Both the position numbers and the translations under genes were made by a program. Shown here piece after piece: positions 16,405-30,096 of a stretch of 64,000 nucleotides of DNA (position 1 is its first letter; every line of letters begins with the position of its first letter). The notes beneath the pieces were generated by a model. It was not told the origin of the DNA and searched no databases. It worked only from the letters and a program-made list of their open reading frames with translations. Source of the stretch: Oikopleura dioica (Eukaryota; Animalia; Chordata); NCBI GenBank assembly GCA_907165135.1, contig OU015569.1:2046001-2110000 (forward strand), given 5' to 3'.

Positions 16405-16629
16405 ATGAACATTCTTGCTCTATTATTCGCTCTTTTGGCTTTATTCGTCAGTGGTTCCGTTGGAGATCTGATCGGCTACAACCGCGGCCAGAACAACGTC
16501 AACATCTTAAACATGAGCCGACACAAGCTTTCAAGCCGTCGATACCGTAAAAACTATCACGAAAACAGCAAGGCGAAGCCAAGCTCCAATATTCGAAGAC
16601 TTCTCCTGCAGTACCTCTCGGAACGATAA
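16405..16629 (+). CDS. Small secreted peptide precursor (74 aa)
   Basis: Single ORF with a strong signal peptide MNILALLFALLALFVSGSVG, a basic mature part with RR/RK sites, and AATAAA about 100 nt downstream. Confidence 0.6.
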   Translation: MNILALLFALLALFVSGSVGDLIGYNRGQNNVNILNMSRHKLSSRRYRKNYHENSKAKPSSNIRRLLLQYLSER

Positions 16630-17205
16630 ATCATAGTCTCTTCTCATCATCAGTATTCCTATTTACAGAGTACCGATCCCTTTTTCTTATCAGTTTATTA
16701 GTTATTTATCTGTTGTACCTTTCCATTGCAATAAATAGTAATTTTACAATTACTACTTTGCTTGTTCCTTCCGTTCTAAGATAAGACATTCCATATGCAT
16801 AAATATTATTGAGGCGAAATTCAATGAGTATCAATTTTTTATTTGAAGGAAATTTGGCCTACTGGTCATCATGCAGTGTGATGGAATTGATCAATAATTT
16901 TGAAGATATTTGTACAGAAATTTGGATGCAGAATAATTTGAAATAATGATGAATTGAAGAAGAGTACAATACTCTAGTCTAATTTAGAGGTGAATAACTA
17001 ATAATGACTGAAATACTGGTAGGATGAATTATTTGCTTAGAAATCGGTTGAAAATCTTCCTGAAATGGTCTGGATTATGGCCCATAACTTATAAGTTATC
17101 GCCAATTTGGCTCAAAAAAACCATCCGCAATCTGGGTTGTCCTTAGTTGCCATGCGTCGCAAGTAAGTCTCCAAAACCAACAGCAACTAAATTCTTATTT
17201 AGATT

Positions 17206-17643
17206 TTAGCCTTTTCGTTTTCTACCAACCTCTTCCGAATGTCCCCGCCAGTGTCGAGTAGACTTGTCACAGCCATAGAGATGTTCCCGCTGCAAAATCT
17301 TGACTTTGAACGTCTTTTTCTTCTTTTCATTTGCTATCTTCTCGAGGACTTTGTTGGAATAGCCACCATGAGGGAAGAAGCAGTAATATTCAGGTGTTGT
17401 TGGAAGAGGAGGATCGGAGAACATGTTGTTTTCATACTGCAACACATTCACAAACTGAACCGACGGTCCTTGTGGGGTGTTGAATCTGAATCGTACTCGG
17501 CAAAGAGGATGAGGAGCTCTATCTTTTTTATCGACATGTCTGGCGAAGTCAGCAGCGTTCCAGATGATTTTTCCTTCATAGGTTTTCCCCACTTCAAGAG
17601 GTGGGTACTTTACCGGTGGAGGACTTTCAACCTCATCCGCCAT
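17206..17643 (-). CDS. Uncharacterised single-exon protein (145 aa), possible S1/OB-like start
   Basis: Uninterrupted ATG-to-stop ORF of ordinary protein composition; LEVGKTYEGKII resembles the start of S1 domains. Confidence 0.6.
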   Translation of the reverse strand: MADEVESPPPVKYPPLEVGKTYEGKIIWNAADFARHVDKKDRAPHPLCRVRFRFNTPQGPSVQFVNVLQYENNMFSDPPLPTTPEYYCFFPHGGYSNKVLEKIANEKKKKTFKVKILQREHLYGCDKSTRHWRGHSEEVGRKRKG

Positions 17644-18156
17644 TTGTCGATCAGTATCTTTTTTTTTCTTTTCAGTAAAAAATATCTGTCAACTTTTGAT
17701 TTTTTTTGCAATTCTGCTAGTGAAAGCTAAACTAGCTGGATCCGCGCTTATATACGGCCGAAAAATAATTCATGATCAGCGTTGATGAGCTCCTAAGTTT
17801 CCGAAAAGCTCAAAAAGATCACTTTGGATTGTGTTTCTTCGTATCCTGCATACTCTCATAAAATACAAGCGAGGGGTCTCTTGGAAATAATTAACATGTC
17901 TCAGAGTTAATTATTTTACACTTTTGCCATAAAACTTCGAATGAAGGATTTCATTATTTCGTGAGATAAGAAATGAAAGTAATTAATCATAAATGCGCAA
18001 TAATCGTAAATTTGAAAAATATAAATAAGGATTTCTAAGGATCGGACTGAATCAGCATCATGAAGCGGAAAATATTTTAATTCCGTTGCTTAAAATTCTT
18101 ACATAAGCGAGAAGAGCATACCTTCTTGCCTGAAAAGTGCGTTGAATTTACAAATT

Positions 18157-20384
18157 TTATTCCCCGAGTTGTGAGCGAAGAGAGTCAGTAAAGATATACT
18201 CCGCGATTCTGGCGGGAGAAAGGAGATGACAGTAATGGTAGCATCGTGGATCAGGCGCCTTAGGGAAATAAGGGAATTCGTATGGAGTCTTCAGCGATCT
18301 AGCAACAACTGAAAAATGTTTTAGATTCAATATTGAATTTGTTAATCGATGAAAACGTTCAATCTTTACGTTTCTGTGCCGACAAAGACAATAAATTATC
18401 GATCTTCGCAAAATATTATATAACACGTCCGAATTGCTTTATGGAAATTCAGGGCTGTGGAAGGTAGACCACCGGTCTGTGAAGCCTTCACCAAAAGGAA
18501 CGCGACGAATTGACTCTATTAGGTCTTCAAGATGAAAAATTTCAATCTATACCAATAAATAAAATTGTTTTACTTACTCTCCAGCGCGTCAACTTTTCCA
18601 TCAACGATTCTTTCATTGTATTCAAGCCCAAACTCGAGCCAACTTGGTCCTGCAATAACCACGTTGTCCTCCATCATTTGCATTGGGACGCCATTTTCGT
18701 AGAATCTTTCCAAGGCTAAATTATAATGAGTAAAGTCGCGGCCCGCCATTTATAATATTTTGTTTATAAATTAAAATTATTCTGTCATCTACCTATAAGA
18801 TGTGATCTGTCTGATCAGTTTCTGGGATTTGAAAGAAGGAGATGTTAATTTATGGCAATGTACACCTGGCTCTTTCGCAAGACTTACCTCTTGTACCCTC
18901 TAAGGATTCAAGGACGAGGTCGTATGCGGCTTGGTTGATCTCTTGACAAAATGACGGGCCATCCAGTTCGCGGTAATCAGCTTCTTCTGGTTCTTTGTAG
19001 CCACTAGTATTTCAGCGTTGAAATCAACGAAGACGCCTATTCTGACCTGAAAATATAAGTGCATTGGCGAGAAAAGATTTTGGTGTGCAGAGTCCATGCA
19101 GATGCATAGGTTTCATTCTCATCCCAGAATACTTGTGTATAAATCTCGTTCGTCAACTGCATCGGATCGTTTTCATCCACGTAGATGTACGGCAAATGAT
19201 GCAAACATGCAGGGCATTTGAAGCCTGGTCGTGAGCTAAAGAAATATAAAAATTAAAATTTGAATGGAAAAATAGATCTTCCGAAATCAACATCTATATT
19301 TGCTGTCGTCAGCATCAATTTCGCCCATTAGAGATAAATTTCCGCATAATTTTAGTTGATCGATTTAGATTATCTACCCGATAGACAACAGATCAATATC
19401 TTAGTACCTTAGAGCGGCCATCTTTGCGGTGACATTGTATTTATAACCGGCAGCTTCCATTTCAGAATCCTCGTTGCAAAAACCAGAAACATAACGCTTC
19501 GTTCAGTTTACAAATCAAAATTCGTAAATCCAATTCGTTTACAAAATAGATTTTGAACTAAATGCCTGTGCGAAAACTCCCCATGGAGCCCCATCCTCTT
19601 CACAGAGGCCTCTATCACCGGACCAAACAGTAGGACAAAGATCTGGATCCCAGTCTGGTCCAATTTGATTTTGGCCACCGTAGTAGTAATTATTCTCGAG
19701 TGCAAAAGCCTTGAGAGAGGGATCCAGCATCGAGGCGGCTTCGTTTCGTTTCCTCGTCAAGTAATCGCTAAATTGTTTTAATTTTGAGCACAAGAAAAAT
19801 ATCTACTTTGGAGCATTTGTATCAAGGTTGTGGAGAAATGCATCAAATGCCTTTTTGAATTCTTCGAGATATTCTTCCAGAGAGATTTCTCCTTTCAAAT
19901 CTCCTGATTTGTCAAAAACATCTTGGTCGTCCATGATTCCATAGTGGTTTCCTCCATTAACAATTACCACGTGGTTTTTCTCCGCGCTTCCATGAAAGAG
20001 ATCCTCGCCAACGCGCGTGACTCGAGAAACTCCATCGAGCTCGCCGATGAAAGACAAGCTCTTTGGTCTGAGCGGGTCATTCTCTGGTCGCCAGAAAGAA
20101 CGAGGCACTCCAGCGCCGATGAAAACAACTCCGCCAAGCACCGCTGTATCGTCAGATTTCCAAGCCTCAGCGGCTTCGCTTCCGTGGACAATCGACAGTG
20201 TTCCACCGCTTCCAGAAGCGCAGACAGATTCTTCGACTGAAGTCATCAAAGAGCGATAGAGGTCGGCAGATACTGGCAGCGAACCGATTCTAGCAGTGTA
20301 CAAGCCAACATATGTTCCACAAAAGAAAAAACCCATGTCAGGATCCGCCCTGGCAAGAGCCAAAAGAGGAAGTGCTATTCTCAT
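18157..20384 (-). CDS. Secreted alpha/beta-hydrolase-fold protein with a long conserved-looking C-terminal domain
   Basis: Signal peptide; SFIGELDG and VIVNGGNHYG...GD...ISLEE (Abhydrolase_5-like Asp/His motifs). Phase-consistent exon chain including a GC-AG intron at 19497-19565 continues through SRQ..., FCQEINQAAY, ERFYENGVPM and ends YHYCHLLSPARIAEYIFTDSLRSQLGE*. Confidence 0.75.
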
Positions 20385-20657
20385 TATAAACTGTCTCTGT
20401 TATCGAGACTTTTAAAAAAGTCAAATGAGTCCGAGTTTGCGACAGATGGTACATTTTCATGGTGCAGTTACCTCAAGGGCGTTATCTTATTTGCAGTAAT
20501 GTTTAAACTTCTTAAACAGTACGTTTTCTAGCTAATAAAATTGATTGGAGACCCGCGAATCGGTGGATTCTTAAAATTCTCGATGTTGATTAAAAATAGT
20601 CTCTAGATGCGGAGTCTATTTGTTGATGATTTTCATTCCTGAATTCACTCGCCAAAA

Positions 20658-21031
20658 ATGAATTACTCCAACGAGCCAGAATCCTACAAAGCCAAAGTCA
20701 TACAAGCTTTGCTCAACGAAGAAGAAGATCCTCATGAAGGTATCGAATGGACGACGCTTGAAGACTTCATGGCCGATATTTTGCCCACCCGAGCCGAACT
20801 CAAAGGTAAACAATAACAATTTGAGTAAAAAACAACGCAATTTTAGTGCCCACGACGAAAGCCAAGCACCCTTCGGCACCTTCAGAGGAAAAGCTTCGAT
20901 CAATAAAGACTATCCTCGAGGAGATGAGAAAGAACAAAGAAAACCGAGTCGATCTCGTACAAACATCGAAGAACATCCAGCGAACAGATGACGGCTTCTC
21001 GTTCAAACCGAACTCAAAAAATCAAGAGTAA
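20658..21031 (+). CDS. Small two-exon orphan protein (about 110 aa)
   Basis: MNYSNEPESYKAKVIQALL...RAELK joined by a phase-1 GT-AG intron to VPTTKAKH...KNQE*; AATAAA near 21100. Confidence 0.6.
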
Positions 21032-21257
21032 CATGACGCTTTCTATCGTTCTCTTCTGTAGTTCATGTCCTGTACTTCTATACATCAAGTCTGCACAAGA
21101 ATAAATAGACAGCAATCTCAGATTGCCAATCTGTAATAGTGACCGTTTTTATAAGAGAACGGTGACTTTTGAACACTATTATTTGTATCATAGGAACCAA
21201 CTTTATTTGAATTGAAAAGTAGCTTTAACATAAATATTTTGTTTCTAAGGGAATAGC

Positions 21258-21851
21258 TTAGAAGTTCGTGGTCTGTGGGTAAAGCCAGACCCAGAACCAA
21301 CAGGTCGTGAGGAAAACCAAGAAGAAGGGCAGGTTGACATCGAAGTTGGGCGTCAGCATAAGCTAGTAGATAGAAGAGTAAATCGTGTTAAAAATAGCTC
21401 TCGTACCATGATGATTTCCAATTCGAAGAGAAGGAAGACCCAGATGACAAAGGTGAAGCCGGCGAAGATGACACCGCCCATCTGGTTGAAACCGCACTCG
21501 TAGGGCTGTTCGTAATGGGGCTTGTGGGCCATGTTGGTAGATCGCTCCTGCATCAAGTGGTAAGCGCCGATGAGACCGCTGACCATGCCGATTTCGAAAA
21601 CGACTTCTCGATCAAGCTAAAGCACTTATTTCCACAAAAGTCAAGAGGAGGTTTCAAAAAAACCTGAGTGAGGTGAGATCTCTTGGCGAGGAGATTTGTC
21701 TTTCCGTAGGAGCCAGAAGAGAGTTCTCGGCGGCTCTATATTGTAAAATGAATTGACGATTTTATCAAGGAAAACTCACTGTCAAGGGATACTGGGCAGT
21801 CTTGAGCGCCATGCTTCGCATAGCGGGAATTTGTGCGACCCGGGCGAGCAT
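21258..21851 (-). CDS. ND3: Nuclear-encoded NADH dehydrogenase subunit 3 with a mitochondrial presequence (152 aa)
   Basis: Exons 21780-21851, 21664-21735, 21407-21616 and 21258-21362, joined by phase-0 GT-AG introns of 44, 47 and 44 nt. ND3 signatures PYECGF and FLLFELEI, with three hydrophobic segments. Arg-rich N-terminus MLARVAQIPAMRSMALKTAQYPLTSRRELSS. Trp is encoded by TGG (standard code). AATAAA at 21202-21207. Confidence 0.9.
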
Positions 21852-23526
21852 TCCGACTTGTACTTTCTGAAGAAAATCGGGTGAAACAAGGAAACTATTG
21901 CGCTTGAGACATTTTATTAGGAATAACGTTGTCGCCAGCATTTAACAGCATCAAAACAGGTGTTTCAATTTAAGAAAGTATTTTGTCGGAGACAGAGAGT
22001 AGCTTGGGCACAATTTTCTACTGCGAATAAAAAAGAGAAGGAGGGAGTCATTCTCGGTCATTCGGGGACGCTTCCGAGAGGGCCGACGGGAGAAGAGTTC
22101 AATGTAGTCTGGAATAGAAGTTTGTAAAAATAGCCACAGATGAAGCAGTGAGGACTGAATTGAATTGAGTCGTGAAATTTCAATATTTACAAGTGAACAA
22201 GTAGAAAAATCAGCCTCTGCTTTGAAATTGTTCTACTGCTTTACTCGTTTGCTAATCAGAGAGAAGGAAAATGAAAAGGTTTATGAATTTTCGATGAAAT
22301 GGTTTCGATCGCGAATATTGTAAGATTTTCACATGTAGCGGCACAGCTGAGTGTGAAGATGGGAGGGCCAGGGGAACAGGCTTCAGTGTATACTTCCTGT
22401 ATCTTGCTGTAGTGGGAATGTATACTAGGCTAGCTACGAACACACGCGAACAAAGAGCTAGAGCCTGTCAATGCCAGAGTTTTAGAAAAGTAACAATCCA
22501 GTTCGAGAAAATATACATTAAAATTATAATATCACTTCCGGTGCGCTAAACTTTCAAAAGTCTAAATTTAAAAAGAGCCTAAACTGTGTTTGAAAACTAA
22601 AATTGACAAGCTGAATCTCGCTCTAGCTCTTTTTTTCGGCATGTGGAATGCGCTAAACGATGGATCTCTCCTTACCGGCAACGAAAAAGAATTGAAGTGA
22701 AATAAAAATAAGTGAGAAAGAGCTTCAATAACGGGGTCTAGCATTTTTTTTTTCGCGAAACTGAAATTAACTGAAAGCAAACTTAAAATGAAAAGTAAAA
22801 CAAAAAATGAATTTTATAGGTAAATAACACTTGGAATTGAATTTTCTGGGCCCGGGAATTTAGTTTCATGTATGTACTCGTTCGGTTAGGTCAGTAAGAT
22901 TAAGCAAAAGGAGACTTAAAGTAAATGAGAATAATGAATGGTGAATCGAATGCTTTCTGGACCGAATCTAAAGCACATTCTCAGGAAGACAGTTGGAGGA
23001 GACATTCAGGCACGCACTGGAAAGACAGTTCCAATGGATGGCCAGAGAGGGAGGAGAAACGCGAATTCAACATTCAAATAGGCCTCGGAAGAAGAATATC
23101 GCCCGCTCAAAGTTCACCTTGTACGGTCCTCGAAAAGAGAGAAAACTTAAAATTGAAAAGAGCCATTCAAATAAATGAAGGAAACGGAAATAATTGCTTC
23201 GTAAATTGTTGTTTTGAAAAGCTTCAAAGCCATATTTAGGGTGCGCTCAGTGTGCTGGGCCCATTCTTTTTGATGATGCTATCTGATTCCATATACAAGT
23301 GAATTCGAAGTTGGAAATTATAAAAAGAAAATCAGAAGAAAATTATTATTGGGGATTATTTCATATAAAAAAAGTGAATAGAATACAATTTGTCGTTGAG
23401 TAATTATACAGGTATAAATACGGTGAGGCGCCGCTCGGTTAAATCCAAAATCGGATGTCCCTTGGTTGGAGAGAGGAAAACGTTGTTGCTGCTTGAATCG
23501 AGGCTAGCCGAAGGGAGGTTCTTATT

Positions 23527-25694
<2,168 letters not shown>

Positions 25695-26210
25695 CTCGTT
25701 TTGTTTCTTTAGCTGCTTGCCTCTGATTCAGCGTTTTCTTTACTCGAGTTCTATTCTCGTTTCATTCAGATACAGTATTCAGTCCTTACTTTGGATTTCG
25801 ATTTTGGACTCGTCAAGCTGCGATTTCCTTCGCGCTTCGCCGGGCGACGCTTCTCAACGATTGCTTCCGTTTGGATAATGACGGATATCGTGTCGCCGAG
25901 TTCTGAAAACAGCAGATGTTCTAGAAGCGGTAAATAACTTTTTCCATTTTTTCGAGTAATCTGAATATCAGTGGAAAGCGTCGCAGGATCATACAGAATC
26001 GTCGCGCAAAGCAGTCGTAGTAAAGTATTTAATTGAAGAAATCGAAAACAGTTTTCTAGCGAGATAGGCAAAACGTTGTATCAAAGAATGAAGTAATGAA
26101 AACTTAAGTGTAACATGTCTAAATGCAAAAGAACGGTCAGATTATTGGTGCCAGTCCTTAATTTTTGGCAGAATCAAAACGAGACAAGAGTGGGCTTTAT
26201 AAGGTCAACT

Positions 26211-27528
26211 TTACGCTTCACGCTTGTATAGTTTCTTGAGAATCGTCCTGAATATGACTGGATCAAGAGGACCACTGTAGTTTTTGATCGAGTCGGTTAT
26301 CCGTCCGAAACTAATAACAAAATTAAGGTACTTTTCGAATTCTTTAATAACCTTGCGATTTTACGATTATTTTTAGTCTCACCTTTCTTCCTCATAATTT
26401 CTGAAGCGTTTTTCCAGATTGAGATCTGAGTACAATTCTTTAATTCTTTGCTCGCATTCTTCATTTTTTCGCCCATAGTTATCTTTGATAAGTTGTCTTT
26501 GCTGTTGCGACGCATATTTCAATGCTTCGACTACAAGCCAGCTGCACTTGTTATCCTAAGAAGCTCGTTAAAACGGCACTCGAGTTATTAGAGGCGTTAT
26601 TTAGGGTTGGTTTGGGTGACCGTCATTTGATGGCCGCCATCGAAAGTACTTTCGACCTACTTGAATGTCAGTTCCGATTTTGCCCGTGACTTCGGGATTA
26701 CCGAAGCAGTCGATGAAGTCGTCTTGTGCTTGGAAGTAGTGTCCCATTTGAAGTGTGATTTTCTTGAGCTGAGGGCAGTTAGAGTCCTGCCGCGCCGCTA
26801 CAAGACCGCTCGCAATTGGAAGATAGAATGAGTAGACTGAGGTTTTGTATTTGACAATGGCACTGTAGGTTTCTTCGGTGAAGCGAGAAAGATCCACGTC
26901 GGAGCACTCGGAATTCTGCATGTCTAACGTCTGACCCATTTCAGTAATGATTGTTGCCCATTCAAAAAGCTCCACTAGCTTTTCTACAGGAACATAGCTC
27001 GGCAAGGAACGCAAAAGAAGATAGACACACATCTCTATAACAGGAGAGTTTTAACACCAAAGAGCACATTTCATAGAATCTAACCGATAGAGAGAGCGTC
27101 GTTAATTGCCATCAACCCTACGTTAGGGTTTTTGTACCAACAAGGCCTTCCTCTTCGAGTGACAGATGAATCCATCACATCATCGACGACGAGAAAGCAT
27201 GTCTATTAAACTATTGAAGATGGACAATACTAGCTTCTATTTCTACCTGTAAGCATTCCATTGCCCAACCGAGGACAAGCGCATCTTCTTCAGACACTCT
27301 CGAATCGTCTGCCGTCAAAAGAAACACCTGGGAAGCAATCATACCACGAGACATTTTTCCACCGCTAAGATTGTATTCTAGTGACTTTTCCAGTTGCCTC
27401 GTTGCCGGATGGCAGTCCAAATCGACAATGCCCGCGCTGTTGTTGTGTTTGTAGAGTCCGTTAATGGCGATTTTGATTGCATTGTCGGAAAACTTGGCAA
27501 AGCGCTTGAGATGAATCGCACGAGCCAT
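26211..27528 (-). CDS. FDPS: Farnesyl diphosphate synthase-family prenyltransferase
   Basis: [11 protein letters not shown], first Asp-rich motif [29 protein letters not shown], second motif [31 protein letters not shown]-terminus KKLYKREA*. Confidence 0.93.
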
Positions 27529-27734
27529 TCTAGATCGGATAATGTTGAATAAAAGTTGTGGTGGTTAAGTTGAAACTATATGACAGATTTGTGAAGTGAA
27601 GGCAGTATCGAGGTTGCAAACAATATTCAAGGAAGAAGGCGTCGAAGGGCTTACAGAAGTGATTGTCTAAAAATATCTACAAATGTTATTTTTGGGTGAA
27701 AATATTTAATTAGTTGGTAAATATTTCTTCGGGG

Positions 27735-28224
27735 TCAAAAAAGATTCGTACCTTCAAATATCTTTATTTGTTGTGGCGATAAGTAGCGGACATGTTTTAT
27801 TTTGATGCTCCATTTGGACAAAATTTCACGGTTGAGCCCGTGGCGAATGAGGAGCTTGAGTGTTTGAACACCGTCCCACGACTGCGAAACGACATTGCGC
27901 GGTCGAAAAAGAGCATCAAGCACCGTGTTTCCTTTTTTAGTAGAAAGGTTGGGGTCGGCGTGAGCCTCCAGCAGGATCTTGGCGATGGGCGCGCACACCA
28001 TCCGATGATAGCACTACTGATCACTTCATACAAGAGAATTAGAAGAGAGTTCGATTACCAGAAGCATCAGCGGTGTGACGCCAGATTCGTCGCGCTCGTT
28101 GGGATCTGCTCGAGTTGGGCAGCGAGCTGGAAGATTCTTTACAGAAAGCAACTGCTTCAAAGGTGCCATTCCGTTTGAGATAAGTGACGGGCGACGAACT
28201 GAAAAAGACGATATTTTTAGACAA
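27735..28224 (-). CDS. Ankyrin-repeat protein (partial model)
   Basis: ADPNERDESGVTPLMLL spliced to ...IAKILLEAHADPNLSTKKGNTVLD: two ankyrin consensus repeats; 5' extent unclear. Confidence 0.65.
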
Positions 28225-28514
28225 TTTTCTCTTATGAAATGAGTTGGTTACTAAATTGATATTCGACTCGCGGTAGCGAAGAATACAGACGTCTTATATT
28301 GATAAAGATGAATTTATCGATCTAGCTGAAAAATAAACAACTCCATACCTTTTTGAGCAGGAGCAACAGTGATGTTCGGTGCTGATACTCGTCGTGGTCT
28401 AGCGTCAGCTTCAGATGGTTTGATCTTGTATGACTCTCGACGTTGGTCGAGCTGTTTTCAGTTTTGGACGATTCCGGTCAAAGATTTATAGAACTGAATA
28501 AACATCTAATTGGC

Positions 28515-29160
28515 TTAATAAAAATCGGGCAGACGGGCATGAAACTGTTCCTTTGCTTTCGCCTTGTCGAAGTTTTGAATCATTAGACATGTCTCGCCAA
28601 GGCATCGACACTCGGACGTCTGTCCCAGCCCGAACTCGTAGTAAGACTGGTCGGGCCGGTAAAGAACGAATTCAACCAGCTCAGCGCCGAATTTGACATT
28701 GGAGCAACGAATTATTCGCGACAAGAGCGACTCTGTCGAATACGGAATCTTTTGAAAACACTTGAGGTTCATTACTTGGCGCTATAAAATCAATGAGGTA
28801 GGAGAAGTTCCATAGAATACGCGCTTACCTCAAACGTAGGTCCTATCCGTAATCTACAAATAAAATCCCACGGCTTTAGTAGCAATAAGTGTATCGAGTC
28901 TGAACAGAGATGGATTTGCTTGGATGCTTTGTAGCCATACTGGTGCGGGTCGCCTGCGACAGCAGCTTCTGAAGGTGATCATGAAAATTTGAGAAAAAGA
29001 ACATGCGTGAGAACGGTGAAGCTATAAGCAAATGACACTAATACCTGCCTTCGCTAGATGATTCTTCAATCAGATCATAGATTACTTGGCTGGCAAATCG
29101 GAAAAGAACGGAGTCCTTTTTGAGCGCCTGGCTCAACAGGATCCTGTCTTTCCGCTGTTC
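28515..29160 (-). CDS. Uncharacterised multi-exon coding region (separate gene or 5' part of the ankyrin gene)
   Basis: Open exons ...RILLSQALKKDSVLFRFASQ... and ...ELVEFVLYRPDQSYYEFGLGQTSECRCLGETC...; splicing not resolved. Confidence 0.35.
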
Positions 29161-30096
29161 CCAAAAATGCTAGCACTAGGTTCGCTTATTTTTCTATTTC
29201 GGCAATAACTAGTGAGGCGTATAACTTTATTATACTTGAGTAGAACTTGCTACGTGATCCAAGAGGGATAAACAGCCGATTATAAAATTAACTTAACGTT
29301 TGTTAGTCGATTTACGTGATGATAATGAAATTGTTAGTGTTTCTATCTTCGAGATAGTTTAGCTAAATGAGTACCATCTTGAGAACCTAGAAGACCTTAA
29401 GACCAGTTAAACTGTTGCAAGCGCCAGACCTATCCCAGAATCGCAAGGACTCGTGTCCTATTACATCAACCATCCTTAATACTCCATGTTTTTTTATCGG
29501 AAAAGAAGATAGAAAATTGCAACATTGGTAGAATTTATTGGTGAATATCGGTCGTGGTTGTCATTTGTTGTGAAGACGGATAAGACAACGGGAAGAAACT
29601 ATAACTACGCAAGAAGAAATACAGGGCAAAAAGTGAAGATAAAAATGGTTCGGTTCTGGACATCGGTAAGGTAGTTTTTTACTTCAATACGCAAAGGCAA
29701 ATTAGTTTGTTTTTATTGAAAAGGAGAAAATTTAATTTTGCGTTTGAAAAACAGGCTTTAGGAGACAACATTTGGAGACGGGTTCTTTCGGTTAGTTATT
29801 CATCAAGTATTGAACTATCTGAGTTGCCAAAAATGAAAATTCAAAGCGAATGCTTTTAGAAGAAAATATTAAATTCGTGAACAAAGAAAAAATTGAAAAC
29901 GTTGAACATGTTTTTTTTCAATAAAAGAAGGAATCTCAATATTGTGAGGTACATAATTTAATTTCATTTTCCGTTAATTAATATTACAAACAGTGATAAA
30001 AAAGCAAAGTAAAAAGGAACAGTGAAAAAGAAGTGATAGTTTGGTGAAGGTGAAGTGAAGGGGCGTCGAATTTGGTGGAGAATCAGTAGAGAGCAA

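Noticed and set aside
21258-21851. ND3 region as a dead NUMT
   Set aside because: It has spliceosomal introns, a targeting leader, an intact frame in the standard code with TGG for every Trp, and a poly(A) signal; a NUMT would show none of these.
26380-26420. Suspected frameshift near the FDPS 3' end
   Set aside because: Recounting gives CTG GAA AAA CGC TTC AGA AAT TAT GAG GAA GAA AG, in frame and phase-compatible with the last exon.
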